In this document: positions 17,714 to 26,854 of the stretch, piece after piece | Layout: each line of letters opens with the position of its first letter | Position numbering within the stretch: the stretch's first letter is position 1 | DNA from: Promethearchaeota archaeon | Lineage (GTDB): Archaea; Asgardarchaeota; Lokiarchaeia; Sigyniarchaeales; Promethearchaeaceae | Assembly (NCBI GenBank): GCA_016933055.1 | Contig: JAFGBS010000008.1 | Coordinates: 150,001 to 182,000 of the forward strand | Direction of reading: 5' to 3' | Length of the DNA: 32,000 nucleotides | Program-made: the position numbers and the translations under genes | The notes under the pieces: generated by a model | The model's database searches: none | What the model was told of the DNA's origin: nothing | What the model saw: the letters and a program-made list of their open reading frames with translations, nothing else

Positions 17714-18385
17714 TTATTTAACATAAATAGCGATAAGTTGATTAAGTAGATTCTTCAATTTGAATTCTTTGATCTGCAATGCAAGCAAATCTAAGGTCTT
17801 CTTCAACATACGTGCAGTTTCAGTGTGATTGGTATCTGCATATTTTTCTACGTATTCCCTTTTAATTTGGAAGCGATCTAATCCAACCTTAATTTGCTCG
17901 TGAAAAGTTTCTATGTTATTAACAAGCTGTTCTGTATTATCTGAACTCACAATTTGAAGTTTCCGTAATACAGCGAGTACTGAATTAGTACTTTCCTCCC
18001 AAGTATCATATCTCTGTGCGTAAGAATCAGTTAATTCAGTAATGAACACGCCAATATCTCCAAAAAGAGTTCCAGTACTGCTATATTCTTTACGTGGTGC
18101 TTGAGATATCAATTTATTTTTTTCTGGTATTAGTTTTGTTATAATTGAGGGAGTTACATCTCCATCTAAAAAAGAAGGAGAATCCACTATATTCTTGTCT
18201 TGAACATCAGTGGTCCATTCAGGTATTGATGATTTTAACTTAGGAATTGAATCTTTTGTCTCTAATGCCTTAATCAAATTTTGCATTTCTGTTTTCGGTT
18301 GGGTTGAGATTTTCTCTGGAATTATTTCTTCTTCATAATCTTCTTGTTTAGCTGACTTGCGTTTTTTTGGCATTATCGATCGCAC
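17714..18385 (-). CDS. Hypothetical protein: low-complexity charged N-half, helical/coiled-coil C-half
   Basis: Long ORF co-oriented with neighbours (17-nt gap to the next gene); likely start MPKKRK (18373). Confidence 0.7.
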   Translation of the reverse strand: MRSIMPKKRKSAKQEDYEEEIIPEKISTQPKTEMQNLIKALETKDSIPKLKSSIPEWTTDVQDKNIVDSPSFLDGDVTPSIITKLIPEKNKLISQAPRKEYSSTGTLFGDIGVFITELTDSYAQRYDTWEESTNSVLAVLRKLQIVSSDNTEQLVNNIETFHEQIKVGLDRFQIKREYVEKYADTNHTETARMLKKTLDLLALQIKEFKLKNLLNQLIAIYVK

Positions 18386-18433
18386 CCGTTATTAAGATAT
18401 ACTATGACCCCTTTCCTAAATCTAAAACGCTAT

Positions 18434-18865
18434 CTAATCTTCTTCAGAAATCATAAGGGATTTACCTTCAATAATGAAGACATCTTTTGCCTCTCCCTTA
18501 TCGAGTAAAATATTCTTTAATTCTTCTAAAGAAATGTCTGTAGGGCTGGGAGCTATAATATTTGTCTCTGCTAGGTATCCTTTTTTCACGATAATAGATT
18601 CTAAATATACAAGAGATAATCCCAATTCCCCAAAAACATTCGTTAATCTGGCAAGGCTTCCTGGGGTGTCCGGCATATTAATCTTGATTTTGATATATAC
18701 CCGATCCTCAGCTAACTGCAGGGGAATAATTCGGATCTCTTTCACTTCCGAATCCGAGATGGCTAAAAGTTGAGTATTTTCCGTCAAACCAAGCGATTTT
18801 CGCATAATTCTTGGGATTACAATACGTCCGCGCTTATCTAACTTTAGAATTTCTGTTTCCTTCAT
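18434..18865 (-). CDS. AbrB/MazE/SpoVT DNA-binding domain fused to an ACT domain (transcription regulator)
   Basis: KLDKRGRIVIPRIMRKSLGL (AbrB signature) followed by IKINMPDTPGSLARLTNVFGELGLSL (ACT signature). Confidence 0.9.
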   Translation of the reverse strand: MKETEILKLDKRGRIVIPRIMRKSLGLTENTQLLAISDSEVKEIRIIPLQLAEDRVYIKIKINMPDTPGSLARLTNVFGELGLSLVYLESIIVKKGYLAETNIIAPSPTDISLEELKNILLDKGEAKDVFIIEGKSLMISEED

Positions 18866-18992
18866 TTTCCTTCATTTTTTTCCGAATTGCAATAATGGTG
18901 AGTATTTTCTGTTTATCCTAAAGACTTTCTCATGATACACAGAATCACTAAATGATTGTGCTGGCTGAGGTTCTAATTTTCCGCTCTTTTAT
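18866..18992 (-). pseudogene. Decayed tandem copy of the AbrB domain immediately upstream of the intact gene
   Basis: The minus strand reads ...L V I L C I M R K S L G * T E N T H (+1) I I A I..M K E against the intact I V I P R I M R K S L G L T E N T Q L L A I..V K E. It has in-frame stops and frameshifts, and ends in a perfect 10-bp duplication ATGAAGGAAA x2 (18856-18875). Confidence 0.7.
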
Positions 18993-19176
18993 AAAAAAAC
19001 ATTACTTCATTTGTAAATATAAACCTTCCCACAATATCACAATTTTATTCCAATTATATCGATGAGTTAATAGTTGGACATTATTTTTTCCCACATCAAG
19101 TAAATATATTTTAAATCAATTATATATCATCATAAATATAGCACTAAAAGAAATTATATACCATAGTTGACCGAAA

Positions 19177-19743
19177 ATGAGTGAAGATCAAAACGCTGAC
19201 ATTCGAAAACTCATGATGTTGATTAGCGATTTACGTGCTAAGGATAATGAACGATACGAAGAGCATGTAAAGTTTATGAATGAGGTGGTAACTTTTATCA
19301 AAAAGATTGCTGACCAATTTAATGAAAATTGGAAGAAGATCCAAGCCTCGATGAATAAACTTAACAAGTCCATAGAGGATTCGCTTGATACTCTCCTTAC
19401 AGGAATTAATCCCGAGGGTATTCGCGAAACAAGTGCCAGTCTCAAAGAAATAATGGATACGATGGGAAAATCCATGCAAGGAATGAATCTAGAGAATGTA
19501 ATGCGGGAATTGCGCACGATCACGGGTCATGGAACTATTCCACAAGTTGGCTATGGGACACCCAGTGTCACAACTGAAAATATTGGAACTGAATTCGGAA
19601 AACCTTATAGAAGCTCAGAGGAAAAGGAAGAAGAACCTGAAATCTACGGATTTGTTCCAGATCACATGAAAAAGGATAAAAAGAAAGATAAAAAAGACCC
19701 TCACCTGATCAAACCTTCAGATCTATTTGGAAAAACTGATTGA
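19177..19743 (+). CDS. Hypothetical coiled-coil/helical-bundle protein with charged disordered tail
   Basis: Heptad-like amphipathic helices over about 115 aa, then an E-rich/K-rich tail ending IKPSDLFGKTD. Confidence 0.7.
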   Translation: MSEDQNADIRKLMMLISDLRAKDNERYEEHVKFMNEVVTFIKKIADQFNENWKKIQASMNKLNKSIEDSLDTLLTGINPEGIRETSASLKEIMDTMGKSMQGMNLENVMRELRTITGHGTIPQVGYGTPSVTTENIGTEFGKPYRSSEEKEEEPEIYGFVPDHMKKDKKKDKKDPHLIKPSDLFGKTD

Positions 19744-20543
19744 ACTGAATGAAAACTGGTTTTTCTATACAGGATTTTCTCTATCGTCTTTAAATTATCC
19801 TCTGAATCTATATCAAGAAAATTGTGCAAATGCTCGTCATATTTACGCAATTCTTCCTCAATAGGAATTGGAACTAAATTAATTTCATACCTTTTTCCAT
19901 TATTATCACTAATAATGGGATTGGATCGAATCTCCTCAAATGTTTTTTGGAATGAGTAATGTTTTTTGAATATCTTTTGTTCCAAAATGGGTAATATACT
20001 TTTTATATGATAAATAGAGAAAAATGGCTCGAATTTTCCTGAACTCCACTGAGGAATGTATGTATTGTAGGATTTGGATTTCAACTTTCGATGTTGAAAA
20101 CAAATATCGTTTTTGAAATGTTCATTGAAAATATGACTTAATACTGTCACTGAGATTAAAGGAGTATCACATGGAAAAACAAAAATATTACTAAATTCAC
20201 TTTTTAACTCACTCATTGCAGTATATAAACCGAATATACTACCTCTTGGAGGTTGGGGGATGTCTGAATACAATTTATTCCAAACAACCTCATCTATGAT
20301 GATCTGGTCCTCAGTTAATGAGGGTACGGCGTCCAAATATTCTTCTTGTTGGATATAGTTATTTAATACGATTTTCATAGGTATTCTGGTCTTCAAATTA
20401 AGAGTGAGTAAGAATTCGTTAATAGAATCTATCACAAATTGAATCAGAGGCTTATTTCCTTTACCTAAACGAATCAAACCCTTGTCACGAGTCATACGCG
20501 AGGATAAACCACCAGAAAGCAGAACGAAACAAATGCTTTGCAT
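19701..20543 (-). CDS. mobA: Molybdenum cofactor guanylyltransferase (MobA-like NTP transferase)
   Basis: LLSGGLSSRMTRDKG, GSIFGLYTAM, FPCDTP, FEPFFSIY, FLDIDSEDNL; 43-nt convergent overlap with 19177..19743. Confidence 0.85.
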   Translation of the reverse strand: MQSICFVLLSGGLSSRMTRDKGLIRLGKGNKPLIQFVIDSINEFLLTLNLKTRIPMKIVLNNYIQQEEYLDAVPSLTEDQIIIDEVVWNKLYSDIPQPPRGSIFGLYTAMSELKSEFSNIFVFPCDTPLISVTVLSHIFNEHFKNDICFQHRKLKSKSYNTYIPQWSSGKFEPFFSIYHIKSILPILEQKIFKKHYSFQKTFEEIRSNPIISDNNGKRYEINLVPIPIEEELRKYDEHLHNFLDIDSEDNLKTIEKILYRKTSFHSVQSVFPNRSEGLIR

Positions 20544-20731
20544 TATGTTATCTCAATATAGGTAGGGTCTTAATATTCATAAATTTATAGTATTCGTAAT
20601 TATTAATTTTTTTAATACGGAATCCTTTTGAAGTAGAAAGCTAAACCACTTAAGAATGCTGTGGATAAATTATATTGTCTTTCTCTATTAGAATCTATAA
20701 GATGGATTAGCAAACGAAAGGATAATTCATA

Positions 20732-23062
20732 ATGACCCTCAATCTCTCTCCGGATATGACGTCTGAGGATTTATTTAGTATATTGGATAATATTCGAGAT
20801 GCTTTGCTAATCATCGTCAATCAACATGTATTTTGGGTTAATCATACTTTTGAAATCAATTTTGATTATCCGAAATCAGATGTCATCGGAAAACCAATCG
20901 ATGAAAATTTGTTGGGAAAAAACTTTTCGACAAAATTAGAATTTTTCATCAGAAACAGTGACTCCATATCCAAAACCTACCTTCACGACATAATTTTAAC
21001 AGCTAAGCCCTCTAAAAAGCCCACATTCACTGCACATTATCAAATCGAATTAAAAACATTTCTGTTTCAAGGACGAAGAGCTATAATGGCTTCCTTCCGT
21101 AGAACTATTCCTCGTAGCCAACAACTTATTGATATTGATGACTTATTAAGTTTTGATATTCTGGGTATCGCAATTGTCCGTGATGGGAAAATGTTGTATA
21201 CCAATCGTCGCTATGCTGAAATGAAGGGATATTCACGTGAAGAAGTTCTTAATTGGGAACCCTATGAATATCTAAAAACTGTTCATCCCGATGATCAAGA
21301 ATACGTAAAATCTCAATCTATACTCAAAGAACGAGGGGAACCTGGATATAATCCCCATTATCAGTTTCGGGGGATAAAAAAAGACCAGACAGAAGTTTAT
21401 TTTGAGGTATATTCTCAAACTATTACTTTTGAAGATTCTTATGCAAATCTTGTCATTTTAATTGATATAACTGAAACTAAGCAAGCTGAAAGTGCATTTC
21501 GTGAAAGTGAAGAACGCTTTAAAATGCTGGTTGATCAAATGGAAGAGGGATTTGCAATAGGGGATGAAAATGATAATTTTACTTACGTAAACAATCGATT
21601 TTGTGAGATCATCGGTTATAGCACAAATGAATTGGTAGGACGTAATATTAGGGATATTGTGAATCCAAGATATCATTATATTTTAGATGAGCAAATGGAG
21701 CAAAGAAAACAAGGAACTTCGGATCCATATGAACTTATCTTATGCCATAAATCCGGGTGTGATGTACCTACACTAATAGGACCGGCGGGATTATTCGATG
21801 AAGAAACTGGAGAATATATGGGGTGTTTTGCGGTTTTTACTGATATCACCGAATTAAAAAACATGGAATCCGAAAGGTTACGTTTACAACACGAAATTCT
21901 GAATGCACGGAGAATTGAGAGTCTGGGAATTCTTGCGGGTGGTATTGCACATGATTTTAATAATATACTGACTTCAATCCTTGGAAATCTTTCCCTTGCT
22001 AAAATCACCTTAGAAAGTGAACCCCATTCTGATTTGAAAGAAATCATCATTGAAGCGGAGAACGCTACTGTCCAAGCCAAAGCATTAACTCAACAATTAC
22101 TCACATTCTCCAAAGGGGGGGCTCCCATACGCAAAACCACAAATTCCATTTCTGAATTAATAAAAACAACCACGAATTTCGTTTTGCGAGGAAAATCATA
22201 TACTGCAAAATATGACATAGCTGAAGATCTCTATCCTTGCGACATTGATGAAGCACAAATGAGTCAGGTTATCAATAATTTAATAGTCAACGCGTATCAA
22301 GCAATGCCTAAAGGGGGCTCCATTTTTATTCGCGGAGAAAACACTGAAATATCTGAAAATGTTCCTATTCCCATAACACCAGGTAAATACATTCGCATAG
22401 AAGTTCGAGATGAAGGAGTAGGAATTCCCCCTGAAAACCTTCCTAAAATATTTGATCCTTACTTCACCACCAAGCAGAAAGATACTTCAGACGGAGATAT
22501 TTCTCCTCCACGAGGATTGGGATTAACGAGTGCTTTTCATATTATACAAAATCACGGAGGAATTATCACTGCAGAATCTGAATTGGGTGTCGGTTCACTA
22601 TTTGTCATCTATCTTCCCGCTTCTTTAGACAAAATCCAAATTTCAGAAAAAATTACGACCACCGGAATTCAGAATGGAAAGGGAAATATCCTTCTTTTAG
22701 ATGATGAGCCGACTGTACGTAAAATCGGTAAGAAGATGCTAGAAAAGTTGGGGTACGATGTAGTTGTTGCTTCTAATGGGGACGAAGCTATAGAAATCTA
22801 TAAAAATCACCTGCATTCCAAATCCACATTTGATTTATTGATAATGGATCTTACAATTCCCGGGGGATTAGGTGGTCTCGAAGCATTTAAAGAAATTCTT
22901 AAACTAAATCCCCAAGTTAAAGCGGTCGTGTCTTCCGGATATAGCAATGACACAGTTTTAGCCCATTTTTCAGATTACGGTTTTGCAGGAGTTCTAATAA
23001 AACCATACACAATCGAAGGTTTAAGTAAAACTCTTACTTCTATTTTACAACAAAAATCATAG
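20732..23062 (+). CDS. Cytoplasmic hybrid sensor histidine kinase (3 PAS + HisKA + HATPase_c + receiver)
   Basis: PAS motifs (NRRYAEMKGYSREEV, VHPDD, NNRFCEIIGYS), H-box GGIAHDFNN, N-box NLIVNA, DEGVGI, FDPYFTTK, GLGL, receiver DDE..MDLTIPG..SG..KPY. Confidence 0.95.
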   Translation: MTLNLSPDMTSEDLFSILDNIRDALLIIVNQHVFWVNHTFEINFDYPKSDVIGKPIDENLLGKNFSTKLEFFIRNSDSISKTYLHDIILTAKPSKKPTFTAHYQIELKTFLFQGRRAIMASFRRTIPRSQQLIDIDDLLSFDILGIAIVRDGKMLYTNRRYAEMKGYSREEVLNWEPYEYLKTVHPDDQEYVKSQSILKERGEPGYNPHYQFRGIKKDQTEVYFEVYSQTITFEDSYANLVILIDITETKQAESAFRESEERFKMLVDQMEEGFAIGDENDNFTYVNNRFCEIIGYSTNELVGRNIRDIVNPRYHYILDEQMEQRKQGTSDPYELILCHKSGCDVPTLIGPAGLFDEETGEYMGCFAVFTDITELKNMESERLRLQHEILNARRIESLGILAGGIAHDFNNILTSILGNLSLAKITLESEPHSDLKEIIIEAENATVQAKALTQQLLTFSKGGAPIRKTTNSISELIKTTTNFVLRGKSYTAKYDIAEDLYPCDIDEAQMSQVINNLIVNAYQAMPKGGSIFIRGENTEISENVPIPITPGKYIRIEVRDEGVGIPPENLPKIFDPYFTTKQKDTSDGDISPPRGLGLTSAFHIIQNHGGIITAESELGVGSLFVIYLPASLDKIQISEKITTTGIQNGKGNILLLDDEPTVRKIGKKMLEKLGYDVVVASNGDEAIEIYKNHLHSKSTFDLLIMDLTIPGGLGGLEAFKEILKLNPQVKAVVSSGYSNDTVLAHFSDYGFAGVLIKPYTIEGLSKTLTSILQQKS

Positions 23063-23073
23063 AGCCCAGAAAT

Positions 23074-23532
23074 ATGAAAGATGCAATCAAACATATTCCA
23101 AAAGAGAAATTAAGAGATCTTCCTGGTTGGAAGAACGCACCAATACCGATTTGTATGGGTGGAGATTATAGAGCTCTGACTTGGTGCTGCAAACCTGGTT
23201 CAACTCTGACATTTGGATATAAATGTCTTCGAGATATAAAACTGCAAGAAATCGGGATGACTCCCGATGACTTTATAAGAGTAAAAGAAGAATTCTCAAA
23301 AAAATATCAGTGGGATTCGAATTATCCTTGTTTTGGATCATTTTCATATTGTTGTATGAGACGTGGAGGATGTGATCTTCGCGATCCGGGATTGAAAAAA
23401 AGATATCCTAATCTAGAATTTGCTGATATTCAAAAAGAATACTATATTCGTAAGAAAGAACTAGCAGAGATTATATTAAAATGTGCAAAAAATAATGAGA
23501 TTGTATCGGGATTTTTAGAAATCGGGAGTTAG
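23074..23532 (+). CDS. Methanogenesis marker 9-like Cys-rich domain protein (stand-alone)
   Basis: WKNAPIPICMGGDYRALTWCCKP...C...CFGSFSYCC...C pattern recalled for the marker-9 domain (TIGR03277); not confirmed by HMM. Confidence 0.75.
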   Translation: MKDAIKHIPKEKLRDLPGWKNAPIPICMGGDYRALTWCCKPGSTLTFGYKCLRDIKLQEIGMTPDDFIRVKEEFSKKYQWDSNYPCFGSFSYCCMRRGGCDLRDPGLKKRYPNLEFADIQKEYYIRKKELAEIILKCAKNNEIVSGFLEIGS

Positions 23533-23537
23533 ATGGG

Positions 23538-24743
23538 GTGACTACCTATACGATAGTATCTATTACTCACTCAGACGATTTTGATGGAATTGGATCTCAA
23601 GCAACTCTCTATAGATATTTTTCAATATTAGAAAAACCAATACCACCTCACTGGGGATTTGATCCCGATACTAAAGTAAGTCTATTCCTTTTTCAAGTAG
23701 ACTATCAGGATTATTTGTTTTATTGGGCTGCAATCATTACTGGATTTAAACTAAAAGAATCGAATTCTTGCTTAAATTTTAAGGATGAGTGGATTGCAAC
23801 TTATTTACGACTTCATAACGTCCATTCTCTTGCTGAACTCAGTAAAAAGCACAATATAGTTCCCGCAGTTACCGAAAAAAAAATCCTAGATAATATTGAA
23901 ATCTGGAAAACGGTTGACTTAGTAATTGTTACTGATATTGGGTATAATAAAATATTTACAACTCTCTTCGATCCTTTGGAAGAGTATCAAATACCTTTCG
24001 CATATTTTGATCATCATAGACACGATGAATCCAGCATTAATTTTTATTCGCGTAATTGCGTCCAACATATAATTGATACATACAGATGTACCACTCAAAT
24101 TACCCACACTTATTTTTTACCAAATGATCAAATTTCTCAATATATATCTGATCTTGGTTATGATACCGATAATAATTATAATATCCTTCCACATAGCAAG
24201 GAAATTATGGCTGTGATCAGCTATCATCGAAAAAATTATTCTTATCTATGTGATATTGTTCGAAACTATGCGAGTGGTGTAAATTTCGATATATCGATGA
24301 AGAAAGAATATGAAAAAATAAAAAAATGGGAGGATAAAGAGTTTCAGATGATGTTACAATCCCTCAAATGCCTTTCAATCACTTATTCTGATGGAAAAAC
24401 TGTTAATATCATATTTGGGTGTTCTGAATTGCGTTCTGGGCGCTCTATGAATCTTTTAGAAGATGCGATTAACAATGGCGATTTATTGAATAAAATTAGA
24501 TGTCGGTGTGAAGATAATAGAATTATACTGGTTACAGTCAATAGAACCACGCTAAACACGAATTTAAAATCTGAGGTTTTCAATGTACATGATATCGCTG
24601 AACATTTTGGAGGAGGAGGACATATTAATCGAGCAGGATTTCGGTTTCCTTCTCGATTTGTCTCTGAATTGACGAGATCACAAGTTAACCTTAAGGATTT
24701 GAATCTAGAAGCATTTATCGAAGAAATCAAGCAGTTTTTGTGA
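23538..24743 (+). CDS. DHH/DHHA1 family phosphoesterase
   Basis: THSDDFDG, VTD, FDHH, CTT, C-terminal FGGGGHINRAG; about 90-aa insert between motifs I and II; GTG start. Confidence 0.85.
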   Translation: MTTYTIVSITHSDDFDGIGSQATLYRYFSILEKPIPPHWGFDPDTKVSLFLFQVDYQDYLFYWAAIITGFKLKESNSCLNFKDEWIATYLRLHNVHSLAELSKKHNIVPAVTEKKILDNIEIWKTVDLVIVTDIGYNKIFTTLFDPLEEYQIPFAYFDHHRHDESSINFYSRNCVQHIIDTYRCTTQITHTYFLPNDQISQYISDLGYDTDNNYNILPHSKEIMAVISYHRKNYSYLCDIVRNYASGVNFDISMKKEYEKIKKWEDKEFQMMLQSLKCLSITYSDGKTVNIIFGCSELRSGRSMNLLEDAINNGDLLNKIRCRCEDNRIILVTVNRTTLNTNLKSEVFNVHDIAEHFGGGGHINRAGFRFPSRFVSELTRSQVNLKDLNLEAFIEEIKQFL

Positions 24744-24990
24744 CACTTCGTGTAAAAGATTCCCATAAGATATCAAATCCGTTAAGACATAGTGTACTCA
24801 TCGGAAAAATTTGAAAAAAAATCTATGTCTCGATAAATTTTAAGACCTAATTGGAATCGGGAAAATACTTTAACATCATGTTTAATTACTCAAAAGTCTT
24901 CAATCCTCCCCCCATTACATCCCAAGTCCCAATTGTAATGTTTTCCCTATTCAGTCGAATAATCTTATAAAAAACTATTTCAACACAAAG

Positions 24991-26379
24991 TCAGGATCGG
25001 ATTTTCCTTAAAAGAGAGATGAAATAACCTGTGCTATAATCCCCCTTAGGGTTCACTCGAATAAGTTTTTTTGCATCTTTCTTAGTCAGCGTGAAATACC
25101 GATCTAAATCTCTTTGATGAATAGAATCCGCAAATGGATTATTGTTTAGCAAAGGTTCATTCCGTGGTATACCTGATTGAAATTCATCTTTATATAATTG
25201 CATTCTATTTTCTCCGATCACTTCAGATAATAATGAATAGGCATCAAGGATCTCAAAACCGAACTTTCGGTTCATGAGCGATACAATTCCCTCATTTTCC
25301 ATTAAAGTGAGGGTACATGTAGTATATAATACAATTCCTCCTTGTTTCAGGTATGCAAAGATATATTTCACAAACCGGCGTTGTAGTAAAAAAAAATTCC
25401 GATAATCTTCTGCTGAGTGTTCAATACTTAGTTTTGGACGTGTACCTAACGCAGAACATGGCGGATCGAATACCAGTAAATCTGCTTTATTTAAGAGGTC
25501 TGGATGAGACTGTGATGCTTTCTCAAGTTGATAGGGTATGACACGAAAATTTTTGAGCCCCAATCGATCAATATCCTGATGTAATCCCTCTAATCGTTTT
25601 TTAGATCTGTCAATTGAAACAATTGTGGGGAATTGTTTATATTTTTGATAACCCATTTCAGAAAGGGCACATCCCATGTGACCTGGAGCACTACACACAT
25701 CAAAAATCACGTTTTGGTCCTTGTAGAATTCCATTAATAATTTACACGCAAGAAAAGGTCCAAATGAGTGATCGGAAATAAAACCTTTAGAGAAGAAATT
25801 TGAATCTCTATAAGAAGGAGTTCGATACTTGGACTTGGTGGTTTTTATACCAATTCCCTTCTTCTTATGTACAATTTCACTATGGCTCAACTGAGTTATC
25901 CCATTTGCAACATGGGAATGATTAGGGCTGTAGATCGAAAATTCCTCACCTTTTTGGAATTTAGGAAGAGGTTTTAAGAATCCGGGTATGTACAAATTAG
26001 CTCCAATCATAATGGATTCGGCAGCATATTTATCAACTACAATTTCTCGTGATAGTTTTTGCAGGAAAAAAGGGCCATCTACTGGGATAAATATTAAATT
26101 CGGTACGGAATCACTGGACTTAGCACGCAATTGATTGACAATTTTCTCGAGTACATTCTTATCTGGACTTTTATCAATTCGGACAGGATTGATGCGAAGT
26201 GAAAACCATTTTTGTGGCGTTTGTAATGCTGAAATTAAATTATGTACCTCTTTTTTGAAGTTCTTTCGTGAGTTTTGAAAATAACACACTTCTATAAGAC
26301 GTTGGATTGTGGAAACTGAAAATCCTGTTTTTTGGGCTGTTTTCGATATCCAATCTTTATCAAGGTTATTTGAACTCAT
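24991..26379 (-). CDS. RsmB/NOP2/Sun RNA m5C methyltransferase with PUA domain (NSUN6-like)
   Basis: LRINP, PUA (VVDKYAAESIMIGANLYIPG), SAM-binding DVCSAPG, both catalytic Cys (DPPCSALG, YTTCTL), H..GYFIS; SD AGGTGA upstream. Confidence 0.9.
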   Translation of the reverse strand: MSSNNLDKDWISKTAQKTGFSVSTIQRLIEVCYFQNSRKNFKKEVHNLISALQTPQKWFSLRINPVRIDKSPDKNVLEKIVNQLRAKSSDSVPNLIFIPVDGPFFLQKLSREIVVDKYAAESIMIGANLYIPGFLKPLPKFQKGEEFSIYSPNHSHVANGITQLSHSEIVHKKKGIGIKTTKSKYRTPSYRDSNFFSKGFISDHSFGPFLACKLLMEFYKDQNVIFDVCSAPGHMGCALSEMGYQKYKQFPTIVSIDRSKKRLEGLHQDIDRLGLKNFRVIPYQLEKASQSHPDLLNKADLLVFDPPCSALGTRPKLSIEHSAEDYRNFFLLQRRFVKYIFAYLKQGGIVLYTTCTLTLMENEGIVSLMNRKFGFEILDAYSLLSEVIGENRMQLYKDEFQSGIPRNEPLLNNNPFADSIHQRDLDRYFTLTKKDAKKLIRVNPKGDYSTGYFISLLRKIRS

Positions 26380-26522
26380 TTTTTCACCTTATAATAATCC
26401 CTGTCGGATCACCACAGACCGAGTAGAACTTTATTAATCAATTTTGTCCCCACTACCCTATGTACTACGAACTACGCTAAAAGCCTACCTACTAACTATC
26501 GTGTACTGATAGGTGGTTTTTA

Positions 26523-26540
26523 TTGTAGGTGCACCTATAA
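26523..26540. promoter_or_regulatory. Palindrome TTGTAGGTGCACCTATAA (perfect 12-bp core TAGGTGCACCTA) in the divergent intergenic region; candidate operator
   Basis: Palindrome seen directly; function inferred only. Confidence 0.35.
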
Positions 26541-26854
26541 GCGTAAAATTACCCTAAAATTCACGATATGGGTAACTCACGTGTATTCCACCAATTGGGT
26601 ATTTTGGTAATGTTATTACATAATATAGTGGGATATACTGAAATAGGTGTATTGGGACCCTTAAAAGAACGTGGTGGATATGGGATAGATGTCGATTAGT
26701 ATAATTTTAACGTGATATTCATTTTGAGTATAAATATGGGATTGTTTTTCGAAAATTCTTACCTTAATTCTTATAAATTTTACAGATAATGTTAATATAG
26801 ATTCAAATCGAAAGATGTGTGATTTTAAGTAAAAAAAAAACAACGTTGATTATA

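Noticed and set aside
26380-26818. Replication origin, SRP RNA or RNase P RNA
   Set aside because: No ORB consensus or cdc6 gene nearby; no SRP domain IV or RNase P GAGGAAAGUCC signature.
26661-26843. 60-aa minus-strand ORF and the 12-codon N-terminal extension of DPSL
   Set aside because: Low-complexity AT-rich promoter sequence; DPSL homology begins at MGTKG.
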